From Penicillus capitatus (taxonomy: Eukaryota; Plantae; Chlorophyta): DNA of 64,000 nucleotides. The stretch is taken from assembly GCA_965649825.1 (NCBI GenBank), contig OZ287694.1, positions 1,115,197-1,179,196 on the forward strand, written 5' to 3'. The position numbers and the translations under genes were made by a program. A model generated the notes under the pieces. The model worked only from the letters and a program-made list of their open reading frames with translations, was not told where the DNA came from and made no database searches. Of this stretch, positions 36,401 through 47,633 are shown piece by piece; position 1 is the first letter of the stretch, and each line of letters begins with the position of its first letter.

Positions 36401-38628
36401 GTTGCAAGGGCGTCTTCGAGAGACTCGCAAGCATCGCATGCACACAGCTTGTCGGCGTGACATGTGTCACTGCATGAACAGAGAGCGGTACAGTCATCCT
36501 GGAAGCTACACCTGTGCAATAACCAATGTCAGAACCGATGATGCCGCTGAACCGAACTGTTTTGAGCATTCTTCAGATGTCAGATTTAAAGAGTCGGGGC
36601 ACGTGTAGGAATCGGTGTTGTTAGCTCTAGTACACAGAGTTTGGTCGATGCAGTTGCCCACGTATTGCGGCCCCCGCTCAGGTAAGTTACATCTCAAATA
36701 TGCATCTGCTCCGCCGTTCCACTCGACATGGTTGTATTCGATGAATGTCGGAAAAAGTTCCGTTTCGAGTTTTTCGATGATCGGAGAGGCGCCATACATC
36801 GATCGCATCTCCGAAACGGCATCCAATCGCGCAACTTCGTTTTGTTGGCCTCGGATTTCATCGATCCGAGATCTCGATCGCGAGATGAGCTCCGATAGAT
36901 TCGATGCCTGAATGGAGCTCTTCGTCAATCGCTGTTGGGCTATGAGCAATGTCGGGTCCAGATATCCGATCGGCCCATCTGAAAAGTATTTCGCAAGTGT
37001 ATCGTACCTAGGATAGTCAGGCGCATCTTTGTTCGGATCATTGCACGCATCGCTTGCTTTGTGTGGTTCAATTGGATATCCGTATCAGGCGTCGTGCCGT
37101 CGACATTTACGAAGACCGCATCGTATAGCTCCGGCGCCATGGATTCGATGTATTTTCGCTGTTCCGCTTTTTTCTGTGCCCGCTTGCCGATTTTGCCGTT
37201 GTACCCGTCTGATCCACCAAGGCGCTTCACAGACAGCATATAGCGCACTTCCGCAAGACGATCTTCAATGGACTGCGCTGTTTGATTGACAATCCTCTCG
37301 CAGATCTCTCCAGGCGACAATGGACTGCCACCGTCGTCCGTTTCATCGAGAAATGCACCTTAGCAGACGAGAAGATATTTAAAAGAGATTCCTTCGGATA
37401 CTTCTCTACCGGGCGTTTCATCATCGCATTTCGTTTCGAAATTGTTTTCGCTGCACAAACAAACAGCTCTGCGATACTGCTCTGCGGCTAAGGCATTCTC
37501 GATATGAAGGGTCTCGTTTTGTGCATCAAAGTCTATCGATCTAAGGCGCCCTTCCTGTAAATCAACGAGATACTGAGTCAGTGTTTCGTTAAAGATCTTC
37601 TCCGATTGTTGCATCGTGTAATTTAAGGCTGGTGTCTTGGCCACCCGAATCGCCTCCTGCGATTGATCGAACAACGATAAGGAGAGGACATTAGGCGAGA
37701 AATGGATCTGCCTCAAGAATGTCGATCTCGAAGTCTTGATCTGCCCGAGCTGCCAAGTAAGCTCCGTACTTCCGATTCCAAGCTGCTTGTTCCTTAAGAC
37801 GATCGACGACGCGGACAGCACCGCGGATCTTATCGAAAAAATCTCGTTTGATGCGGATCTCCCATTTTCCGTCTGGGATGTCGTTGAGAACCACGTGCAT
37901 TTCGCCTTTTATCGATGCAAATCTTTGCGCCTCGTCGAAATAGCAGTCCATTCCGTGGGGAGCTCCGTCTGCCGGGCACAGATTCCAAGAAGCCTGCTGC
38001 ATAAGCTCAGCCGATGCAATAGACTTCACAGGATGATGAAAATCGAAGTAGAGATCAATTTGCAACATCGTCAGATGTTGGACTTCAGGCAGCTTCCCGC
38101 AATCCGCACGGCAGCCAAAACGGCCATAGGATGCAAACTCAAACGGTGTCGCACAGATACCGTCACCACACACCGGATCACGCCATAGATTCTGAACATG
38201 CGACCGATCAGCGCCGTGCATCGGAGAGAACGACCGACACCTGTAGTGTCTGCTGGATCCATCTCAACACCGCATCGCTCGATGTCATAGAGGCAGTTGT
38301 TGGAACGATGGCCTGGATCGTGGCATGGACTTGAAATGCGGTATGAGCGTTGCTTTGGAGATAGAGGACGGCGAGGAGCAGAACCATGAAGCCGAGAAAC
38401 GCAAAGAGCGCCTCGTAGCTCTTCCAACGTTCGACTTCGTGTTTGTATTTCGAATGCAGGGCTCGGGCGATGCGACGCGCTCGGCATGTAGATTCGTCGT
38501 CATCTGAGCTCGCGAACGCACCATCGGCCGGAATCCACAATTCGTCATTGATCGCGTCGCTCTTTCGAAATCGGATCGATAAAAGATGACGATTCTCACG
38601 GCATGCTCACCTGTCTTTCTTGCTTCAT
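33475..38628 (-). CDS. PKD2: Polycystin-2 (TRPP) cation channel with a large TM1-TM2 extracellular loop
   Basis: TM1 then DPVCGDGIC..PFEF...GRFGCRADCG; polycystin domain NNRIVAGMLLH, GLFLDENT, YNAELN; S4-S6 PRLGVVTR...AHLIFG...TCFEILLGD...VLLNFLLAII. Start exon MKQERQ at 38628 is inferred. Confidence 0.9.
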
Positions 38629-38763
38629 GGAATTCGCATGAAGCGACAACCACGTGTTTGTTTAAGGGAACGAATTCGATTGATCATAAGCGTCATTGCG
38701 TTTACAAAAAAATCAAAAGAGAATGAAATGCGTGTTTTTGCCCAAGCGTTTCATTCTTGCACT

Positions 38764-40070
38764 TCAGAATCTTTTAGAAGCTACGACGACAGGCCTCAGG
38801 TATGCCAATGGATCGAACTTGGCACCCAAGTTCGTCAATCGTGTGAAGTACGTGATGAAGTCCACTTCATAGTCTAGAGAGACAGACGGATACACCATTT
38901 ACTGGTTGCGGAAAATGCACATAAGGAGGAATCTGTCTCACTTGTTCGAGTGAGGGTTCTTTTGCTTCTATCATAGTTCTCCTTCCATTTAGCAAATTCT
39001 GGATCGGTTGCCAGATATGCTTCGGCTTGATCTGGATCTGGCTGTGCAGCAGTGTACACGACATAACCAGGTCGCTCGTAAAATGGTGGCTTGTAACCAA
39101 AACCGCCCTCTGGCTTGGCTCCCAATTGCAGCAGGAATGTTTTGATGTCATTCACCGAGGCATCCAAAGGAGGTATGCGTCCCGCGGGACCAGGAGTATT
39201 GGAATCCAACCTTCCAATTTTCACTGGCCACGTTGCACCGAATGCCGTCTGCAGCAACTGTGCATCTTCTTCGGATGCTGTTCTCTTCCTCTACGACAAA
39301 CAAAGCTAAAGGTGTTTATTATACCTCTATGCTGTCGCACTTTCTGTACACGCCATTCTTTGCTGACTGCTAGACGTGCGGTGAGCACCAACAGATCTGC
39401 CCAGCTGATTGGACCTTGCCCATTTGCTGCATTCTTTTCATCCACTGTTGTTTTGATATCCTTCAGCTTAGCCACTAATGGTTTTAACATGGCGTTTTCC
39501 GATCGATTGAGTTCTTCGCTGTTGAAAACAACGTCTCGTCAATGCGCGACCGATCACTGACATACTCGAGAACAATCGATCCATCTAGTCCACCTGTCTC
39601 GGCCGTGTAGTCAAAAGTCCCGGCATCGTTGAAGACTAAACGCATAGCTAAGGGAGCGTCGGCCGCAGTTAGTACCTTCAAAAAAGAACAATTCACTCGT
39701 TATGATCTGCAACGAAACCTCGAGTTACTGGAGCAAGGGCTCGTTCAGTACGTTCCTGCACTTCTTCACGTTGTTGTCTTGCCTGAGCAGCCGAAAGCTT
39801 CTCGGGAAGGATGGTAAAATTAAACTCGTCAGCCGTAGCCGTGTCTGGAATAGCCAAAGTTGAAGCAAACAGACCACCTAATCGAGAGAGCGTCGAAATA
39901 GTAGGCAAATGCGATAGTTGACCCGCGATCAGGGCAGTTCGTCGTCGGATTTGCACATCGTCGACGTCGTTCTGAGCCGCTCGCACTGCGACGCTGTTCA
40001 CTTGATGGTGTTGCTTCTTCAAAGTTATGCGCACTAAGGGGGGCTGCACGGACGATCGAGCGGCAATCAT
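38764..40070 (-). CDS. Thylakoid lumenal 29-kDa peroxidase-like protein (TL29/APX4-like)
   Basis: Transit peptide with RRR; MRLVFNDAGTFD...GGLDGSI; GPISWADL; LATDPEF...YDRS..T..|NYEVDFIT; stop TGA at 38764. Confidence 0.85.
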
Positions 40071-42609
40071 CTTGCACAGAGCAATAAGTTACGATGGGTC
40101 GATCTCTCGAATGCGCATAGGAGATGACAAATGATTGTGCATTCACGTCATATCTTACCAGTTAATCGATCGTAGGAGCACATCATAAAACGAAAAAGAT
40201 ATACAGGCTCAGGCTTTGTTGCGATCGGCGAATGTCTCTGATGAAATCCTTCAAGAAAAACGTCGTTACATGTGACGATGCTCGGACTGAGTTACATGTC
40301 TTCTTCGCGAGCAAGACTTCGAATACTGAATGTCGAAGAATCCACTTGAAAAAGAATCGATTGGCCATGCTGAATGACGCTGAGAAAAAAGACCTGTGCA
40401 TAATGAAAAAACATAATTGATCCTTCGGTCCATGCACCAGAGAACATACAAACAAGGTCCGACAAATGCGTGTTTTAAAACAGACTTCTCTCATGCGCAG
40501 CATTTGCTGTATCTCGTCCTAATAAAGATCGCTGGATGCCTTAGTCTCTCCATTTCAGATTCAGTCGATTTAAGTCGTTTGGACGACGAGTCGACAAAAA
40601 AGAGCACGTATCTTCGGATCAAAATCTAACGCGTTGTGATCAGTTATAGGAATCGATCAACATGTTTCGCATAGAAAATTGCATAGAGCAAGCGCATCTT
40701 CGTCTGCGATCGATATTAGTATCACATGAACAGGCATTCGCGAAACAAAGTATGTTATTGACGCTGTATCAGGCATCCAAACTGCACGGGTATTCGCATG
40801 ATAAAAGCCAGAGGATCAAAATACGGGAAGCATAAGCGTACGGATGCCAAACAAACACTGAATGATGTCGACTAGCCGCGATTATCAGTGACGTTAAAGA
40901 GAAAGCAGAAAGTGATACAAAAAGACTGACTGCATTGCTTCTAAAGATAAAATCGACAAACGTCGAAACTAGAAATCATTCAACTTTGGTTTTCGGTCAC
41001 ATTAAACCAAGACTGAGCAGCACATCAGGTTGTTTGGAGTGTAGACCGACTCCATCGACGTCCGACGACACGATCAAGCTCGATCTTCCGCCGGAACGCA
41101 TAAAAGATCACACTGGATAATGGATAATGTTTCGACAGACGCTATATAGTAAGTTTTAATCGGCCAATCTGTCTCCGATGTTTTGCATATCGTTCGACCA
41201 GTCACGTTATTCGTCCAAGTGAAACGGACACCAGTCAGGAATCGATCGATCGACTTGCGTAAGAATTAAAGGGTCGGAGACATCTCAAACTGTGTAGTAG
41301 TGACAAGCGTGATATCGATTCGATATCGATCTTGATTCACGCCCATCAATCGATCGATTCGATGACGATCTCGATTCGCGGCTATCGATCGATTCGAAAT
41401 CCGAAGTGAATTAACGTCGATCTTTCGGCGTCGTAAAACGTGATCGTCGCTCGTTTACTGGTATTCACATATTCTCGTCGACTACGCACAAATCGATGAC
41501 TCGCCGTGCACGGGACTCATTCTTGCTTCCCTGGGTAATAACTCATGTCAACCCCAGTATCAAAAAGGACCGCTCTATCATCAGATTTTCATTTTGTAAT
41601 TGTTTCCGGTTTCGATCGGCACTACCGGCTGACACGACGACCATTTGTGTCTTCGTCGTCAATTTTGTCTGCATTGACATACAGCAAATGGACCTTAAGC
41701 GCGAAGGCAACGAGCAATCATCGAAGCTCCTTCGACTGTCTATTCGCGAATCCCGTCGCATTGAACATTCACGATAGGATATCGGTAAATATTTATGTCC
41801 CTGCGATGACGAAATCCCAATCATCTGCTTCCTTATCAACGACGATTCTTCATGCGAGAAAGCGACACGCGAGCTTCTCTTCACCGAAAGATTGCGGCCC
41901 AATCCAGGCATGAAATCGACAGCAGGTGGTCAGACTCAGACTTAGACTGTCATTATCCAAGCCGAATGTTTTAATGTGGGATGCGACATGGCAAAGACTA
42001 CGTTTTATTCTCTTTGCAAGACACACGTCACGTTCAACAGGAACTCACGCGGAAGAAGAAACCACAGACTCTTCGAGAAAGCTCGCCTGAAGTCATCGCC
42101 AAAACCGATACGAACTCGCCCTCCTTTTGGCCCGTCTTCCCGCTGACGAAATGGAAGGCTGCCACCGTCCGTCCGAAGCTTGTCAGCTTGCGTATGCGAA
42201 CAAATTTAATCGTGCGTACCGGTTCTTACCAAGTCCGGGATTTGAACAGTTGTCTTGAAGCACGTTCTGCGTGTGCCACGCCGGAGTCTGCCGACTGTCC
42301 TTGCCGAAAGCGCTGAAGTCGATTTCAGCACGCTCTCCAATCGAGTCGCTGCTTAGCGTGTTTGACAGGGAAGTCGAATTGGCAGGAACAATCCATGCGG
42401 ATGACCTAGGTACGCTCTAGACGCCGGACAGCTGTTGTATTCGTGGCAGGTTCCTAAGGCCGCGGCAGACCGCTAAGGATAAAAGGCATGCGAAGCCGAC
42501 TTCATTCACTATTCAGCCGCACCGGGCAAAGTAACCACTATCGGTATTTAGATTCTGACGAGCTCGTATTGCGTCGGGACAGCTTTGGTTCACTAAGACT
42601 AAGGCGAAG

Positions 42610-43583
42610 ATGCATCGAAGGTCGATCCTTCTCCTCTCCCTCGTGTTCTGCACTCAGCACGCCTTTGCAGTAATAGTATGCATGGTGTAACAATCCGCTG
42701 GTCGAATGGCAGTGCTCAGGTCCGCGAGATATCGAGCTCTGTAGGGAGGTCCCTAGTGCAGACCAGCGGCTCTTTGATTGTGGGCTCCCAAGCGGAGGGA
42801 GCTGGCTCGAGCGCCAGCGCATCCGGAAACCTGGTCGCATCCGGTCCGGGCGTTGTTTCCGTCCAGGCGGAAGCTGTCGCCCAAGAGTTCTCCGTTGCGG
42901 AAGCGAGCAACACGCTTGTGATAGCCATCGCGAGTGCGATTGCTGAGGTCGAATCGGGGGGCGACGCCATTTCCATCGCGGATTCCGTTGCACTCGCCTT
43001 CGCGGAGGCCATCGCCGACGCCTTTATTGAAGCGGTATCTGTTCAGCTGACTTCGACGGGAGACGGCACCAGCGCATGCGGCCAGGCAACCATCCCTCCC
43101 GACAGGGCAGCCACAGCCGCTGCCACGGTCCTCGTCGAGGTGCCCCTTCCTTTTTGGACGCTGATGATCCGATCTATCGAGCTGGCTGCTGACTAGGTTC
43201 TTTCCCAGGCCTCGAACTCCATCTCATTCGCCAGCCCGTCTGCCGCGATCGAGGCCATTGTGGCAGTGACTGTTGCCTCTTTCGAATCGGCGCAGAGCAA
43301 GTTGTGCCTAAACGGAGTCGGTCAAGCAAACTCTTCCTCATCCGAGCTCTCCGTCTCCCTTGAGATTCCATATGCGCAAGTCATCGCTATGGCTTTGGCA
43401 TTTGTCACCCCTCGAGTCGTCGTCGACGAAATCGCCGTGTCGGTCGTAGATGGCGTCCTCGTTGTATTGACGGTCGATGGACGGGACGTGCTAGAAGTCC
43501 TGAATCGTGAGAACACTCTCACTACTTCACGTGCCTTACGTTCTGAACGTCATAGGAATAATCATTATTCCCCCCGATCCTAG
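42610..43583 (+). CDS. Secreted Ala/Ser/Val-rich protein of unknown function, 3 exons
   Basis: Signal peptide MHRRSILLLSLVFCTQHAFA (42610-42669); phase-0 introns 42670-42719 and 43140-43196 join ORFs 42678-43196 and 43260-43583 in frame. Confidence 0.7.
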
Positions 43584-45920
43584 CGGAGGACTTTGATGGA
43601 CGAAGAAGGAATCAGACAATCCCCAGGCGCGTCTTCTACGCTTTGAAGGGGTATCCTGTTTATGAACCGAATGTCATTACTCATGCCTTCATAAAGGCGC
43701 GAGAAGCGAACGTACGTTAAGAGCCGGCATTTCCATGATTCTGTCTGAGTCTTTTCCGCATTGATCGACGTGAATAGTCAGTCCTATTTCTCTCACAAAT
43801 CACCGCTTTCAATAGCTTGGCTCTATTCCCACGCCATGTACGACAGTGCTGGCCGATCCTTCACTTCGAGCGATTAGACAAAACGGGCGACTGAGTCGAC
43901 GAAAGCGCGATCATGGTACACTTCGTGCGGCCTTCGTCTTCAGTGCTCCTGAAAACCTCGATTTGATATAAGAGTATGTGCAGCCGTCTCAACGAAGGAA
44001 TTGGACTGGACAGTTCTCTACCGGGTGTCACGCACGACATCCGTCGACGGTGTCTGACACTTGGACCGTACTCCCTTCTCGTGCCGTATTCAGACGGCTG
44101 CGTCACGTTGGGCAGCACGATTCGCGCGCGTTTGTTCTTTTGCGACAGGGGCCGACACGCTTGGACGAAACGCGTCTAAGTCAAGAAACCACTCAAAATC
44201 ACCATCTAGACGTCGAGGTTCCTTCCTCCATATGTTCAAGTCCTCGTTTGCTCCGGGCTTCGGTCTTTGTCAGTCCGTCCGCGAACAGAGTATCCACGAA
44301 CGAGTTTGAACAAATCGCAATCATCTGGGCTTTAACTCCTGCAGTGATTGATGCATTTACCGTCTCCTCACTGGATGCAGCTTTTGTACCGTCACATGAC
44401 CAGGTCGAATGTGAATGCAAATCTTCTGCTGAGCAAGCTTACCGAGACTTGCACGACGGCTCTCTTCTGCGACAAACTTTCCTATCTCCGTCTGGAAGGG
44501 TTGCAGCAATGTGCTAACGACGTTGCTTTCTTCTCAAAAATTCGAACTGTCTATTCGGTTCTGACCGATACGAGCAGTTAGTTCTCATCACCTTCAGTTC
44601 TCGCCACGAAAAAATGGCAAAAACGGAGGCATCCGCTGTGACAAGTAAAATGGCCGACCTGCAAGAAATTCTCGAAGGAAGTCCAAATTCGTGCTATGGA
44701 AAAGAAGAACAGCCTCAAGACGACTTCTCCCACGCCAAGCATGTAAGCGGAGGCGATCGAACGCAATCGACCGTATCGGAGGCGATATGTGAAAACGCAA
44801 AGGATAAGATTCAGCATCACGTCGATAAAGTGACGGAAATACGGAAGCTGCTAAGGTTTCGCGCGAACGTAAAAGTTGATTCTTGTCTGTGGTAGTTGTT
44901 GGTTACGTGCGGCGCTCGAGTCCGAGGATTTCGGACCGTGGTTCGTATTTCTAACAAGTCGGGAACGGATTCGGGCTTTCGACATGCGACGCTATATACA
45001 AACAATGGAGACTGGAACAGGCGTTACAAGGAGAACCGTAATTGACATTGCGTTCCTCTACGGAAACGGTAACGCAACAGACAAAGGAGTAAGTATTGCA
45101 GCCAGACAGGAAAAACGAATCTCAATTGATATGATTGATTGATATCTGCGTTGACAGTCTAACTCAGAACTTGATGCATTTTCAAACCTGAATACCAGAT
45201 GTACACCCGAGGCGCAGCGAAGCGGTGCCTCTCACTCGAGGACCCGCCTTCGAGTGTGGCTAGAGCGAACACAGCCGATGACAACCATGCACTTCTAACT
45301 CAGAACTTGATGCTTTTGCGAACCTAGATTCCAGATGTACACCCGAGGCGCGGGGAAGGGGTGCCGTTCACTCGAGGACCCGCCTTCGAGTGTGGCTAGA
45401 ACGGATACAGCCAATGACACCACGCGTAGGAGAAACCAGTCTCCGAGGCAGCAGCGTCAGAACGTCCGTCCATCGGTGCAAGGTGAACCCGTCGCCGAGC
45501 ACCGAGACAAGTCACATCCATCACCGAGACGTTTTCGCCAAAAGGCTCCCAACCCTAGCCTTGCCTATTATTCTGCTCTTGCGCAATCTGAAACAGTAGA
45601 AAGTGAACTCGAAAAAGCTTCGGGATGCTAGTGTGATTGTCAGATCATCACTCCGCGTGTGTAACGTGCGGAGGCCCAGGAACGGCGTCACCAATCGAGG
45701 ACCCGCCTTCGACTGGTTAACGAACGGCAAAACCGGGATTGGCGCCGCGTGCTTGGGAACCCGTCGCCAGCACGACGACGCCACTAGCCCTTTTGCAGAA
45801 GCGCGAGGTGAACCAGTCAACAACGCGCTCAGCAACCACCGTGCAGTCGTGACTGTCCGAACAGACGGCCGAACCTGGGCCTGACCTTTTCTCAACCTAA
45901 CCCGCAACAGGCGGGGCGAG

Positions 45921-47096
45921 TCAGTTCAGTCGACGACGGGATCTTTTAGAAGATCCCCCTTCCGAGTCCCGTCGCGACCTTTTAGAAGAACTCCCTTCGG
46001 AGTCCTGCCGAGACCTTTTAGAAGGGCCCCCTTCCGAGTCCCGCCGGGGCCTTTTAGAAGAACTCCCTTCGGGGTCCTGCCGAGACCTTTTAGAAGGGCC
46101 CTCTATCAAGCCCTGTCGGATCCATTCTTCTCTGCGGCGATCATATCGGTTCATGTCTTCCCGGATCTCTTGCATCAACTGACGGATGGGTCCCATCCCC
46201 CTTGCGTGCTCGCGGTCGAAGTTCGCCACGATCTGTTCGGTGGGGCGAACGCCGGTGTCTGCCCTTTGGTCCGCTGGCTCGTCGTACGGCTCGTCGTACC
46301 TCAAGTCGAATGCGCGCATGTACTCAGCCCACCCGGACCGGACCCGAACGCGACTCTGGCTGCGGACGTCGTCGTCAGTGCGGATTGATGCTTCGTCCGC
46401 GGCCGTTGGGACGGGCAGGGTTGGCGGCCAGTCGCGCGCTTGCACGTTGAAAAAACCGCGAACAGGCGGCAACGGAGCGGATGAACCAGGAGTGCGAAGC
46501 CCGGATGGGGGCGAGTATACGTACTGCTCTTGCTCATCAATCTCAATGGCATCAGCTGGATGCGGCTCTTGGCCACCGGCTGTTTGATCCAGTCCGTCTA
46601 GATACGCCTCCAACCCGTAGACGTGTCTGCACGCATGGGTGTGGGGGGAATAGACGGGTGCTGGCTGGCCGTCAGAGGCCTGCCATGGTGAGTACGGCGC
46701 CGCTGCGTTCCCGCCCGAAACGTGCGAGCCAGGGGCTGACACCGGCGCCGTTTGAGCTTGGGGAGTCGAGGGAACCGAGTGGTTCGACGAAACGGCAGGA
46801 GAGCGGTAGGCTCGAGCGAAGACGCCCTGGTGGCGTTCTGACGCGCCTTGCTCGTAGTTGTGCGCAGACGCGCTGCGCATCGCCGTCAGACCGGTGTAGC
46901 CTGACGGGACGGAACTGATGTGGGATCCGGAGTGTGCGCGCAGCCCTGTAAGACCGGTGTACCCGGAGGGAACAGAACTATCGGATCTGGAGCGCGCACT
47001 TTGCTCCGACAGAGAACTATACCAATGGACGGCAGAACCGCGACGGGATGCTGCCGGGCTTGAGGAATGATGCGAACCAGCGTTGGAGGCATTCAT
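45921..47096 (-). CDS. Cassette orphan ORF, 391 aa, intronless, mostly low complexity, Arg/Ser-rich repeat tail
   Basis: ATG in A-rich context, 119 nt downstream of a TATA box. The SSVPSGYTGLT duplication has 6 synonymous and 0 non-synonymous differences. Confidence 0.8.
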   Translation of the reverse strand: MNASNAGSHHSSSPAASRRGSAVHWYSSLSEQSARSRSDSSVPSGYTGLTGLRAHSGSHISSVPSGYTGLTAMRSASAHNYEQGASERHQGVFARAYRSPAVSSNHSVPSTPQAQTAPVSAPGSHVSGGNAAAPYSPWQASDGQPAPVYSPHTHACRHVYGLEAYLDGLDQTAGGQEPHPADAIEIDEQEQYVYSPPSGLRTPGSSAPLPPVRGFFNVQARDWPPTLPVPTAADEASIRTDDDVRSQSRVRVRSGWAEYMRAFDLRYDEPYDEPADQRADTGVRPTEQIVANFDREHARGMGPIRQLMQEIREDMNRYDRRREEWIRQGLIEGPSKRSRQDPEGSSSKRPRRDSEGGPSKRSRQDSEGSSSKRSRRDSEGGSSKRSRRRLN

Positions 47097-47214
47097 TCTT
47101 GGTTTTTTGCTTCTATTCTAGTTTTTGCAGAAGGCAGAGAGAAAACCGAGAGAAAGAGCACAGAGAACACAACAGCGCGAAAGACAATAAGTCGAAAAAC
47201 TGATCTGCGTGCGG

Positions 47215-47222
47215 CTTATATA
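47215..47222 (-). promoter_or_regulatory. TATA box (TATATAAG) of the cassette ORF
   Basis: CTTATATA on the + strand, directly downstream of the repeat array and followed by TCAGTT and a pyrimidine-rich leader. Confidence 0.6.
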
Positions 47223-47231
47223 CCCGCGCAA

Positions 47232-47633
47232 GGTAGGTGATGTACGGAAGACGCGACACTTGCCCATCCCGCGCTCCGATTGGTCCGTCCGGGAAGTCTT
47301 GCAAGGAAACGGGACGTTTTGCAAGGAAAAGGAAGCTATGTGGTGTACGGACGACGTGACACTTGCCCATCCCGCGCTCCGATTGGTCCGTTTGGGAAGT
47401 TTTGCAAGGAAACGGGAAGTTTTTTGCAAGGAAAAGGAAGGTAGGTGATGTACGGATGACGTGACACTTGCCCCTCCGATCGTCTGTCCGGGAAGTCTTG
47501 CAAGGAAAAGGGACGTTTTGCAAGGAAAAGGAAGGTATGTGGTGTACGGACGACGTGACACTTGCCCATACCGCGCTCCGATTGGCCCGTCCCGGAAGTT
47601 ATGCAAGGAAAAGGAAGGTATGTGGTGTACGAC
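47232..47633 (-). repeat. Tandem array, ~4.2 units of 83-105 bp, enhancer-like
   Basis: Units at ~47232, 47336, 47441, 47535 and a partial unit at 47618. All share TGTACGG..GACACTTGCCC and GCAAGGAAAAGGAAG; three carry ATTGG (CCAAT on the sense strand). Confidence 0.9.

Noticed and set aside
44511-44530. LTR (TG..CA), TIR or Helitron (TC..CTRR) termini and a target-site duplication
   Set aside because: No inverted match to ACGTTGCTTT, no matching direct repeat of the flank, and no Helitron-type hairpin-CTRR found around 47650-48130.
1-46213. Inverted repeats as the TIRs of a 46-kb Polinton/Maverick or endogenous giant-virus insertion
   Set aside because: The enclosed genes are ordinary intron-containing host genes, the shared sharp ends face inward, and no polB, capsid, ATPase or integrase gene is present.
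46635-46643. HTH as a HUH endonuclease motif II in the cassette ORF
   Set aside because: The middle residue is not bulky hydrophobic, there is no downstream YxxK motif, and the surroundings are low complexity.
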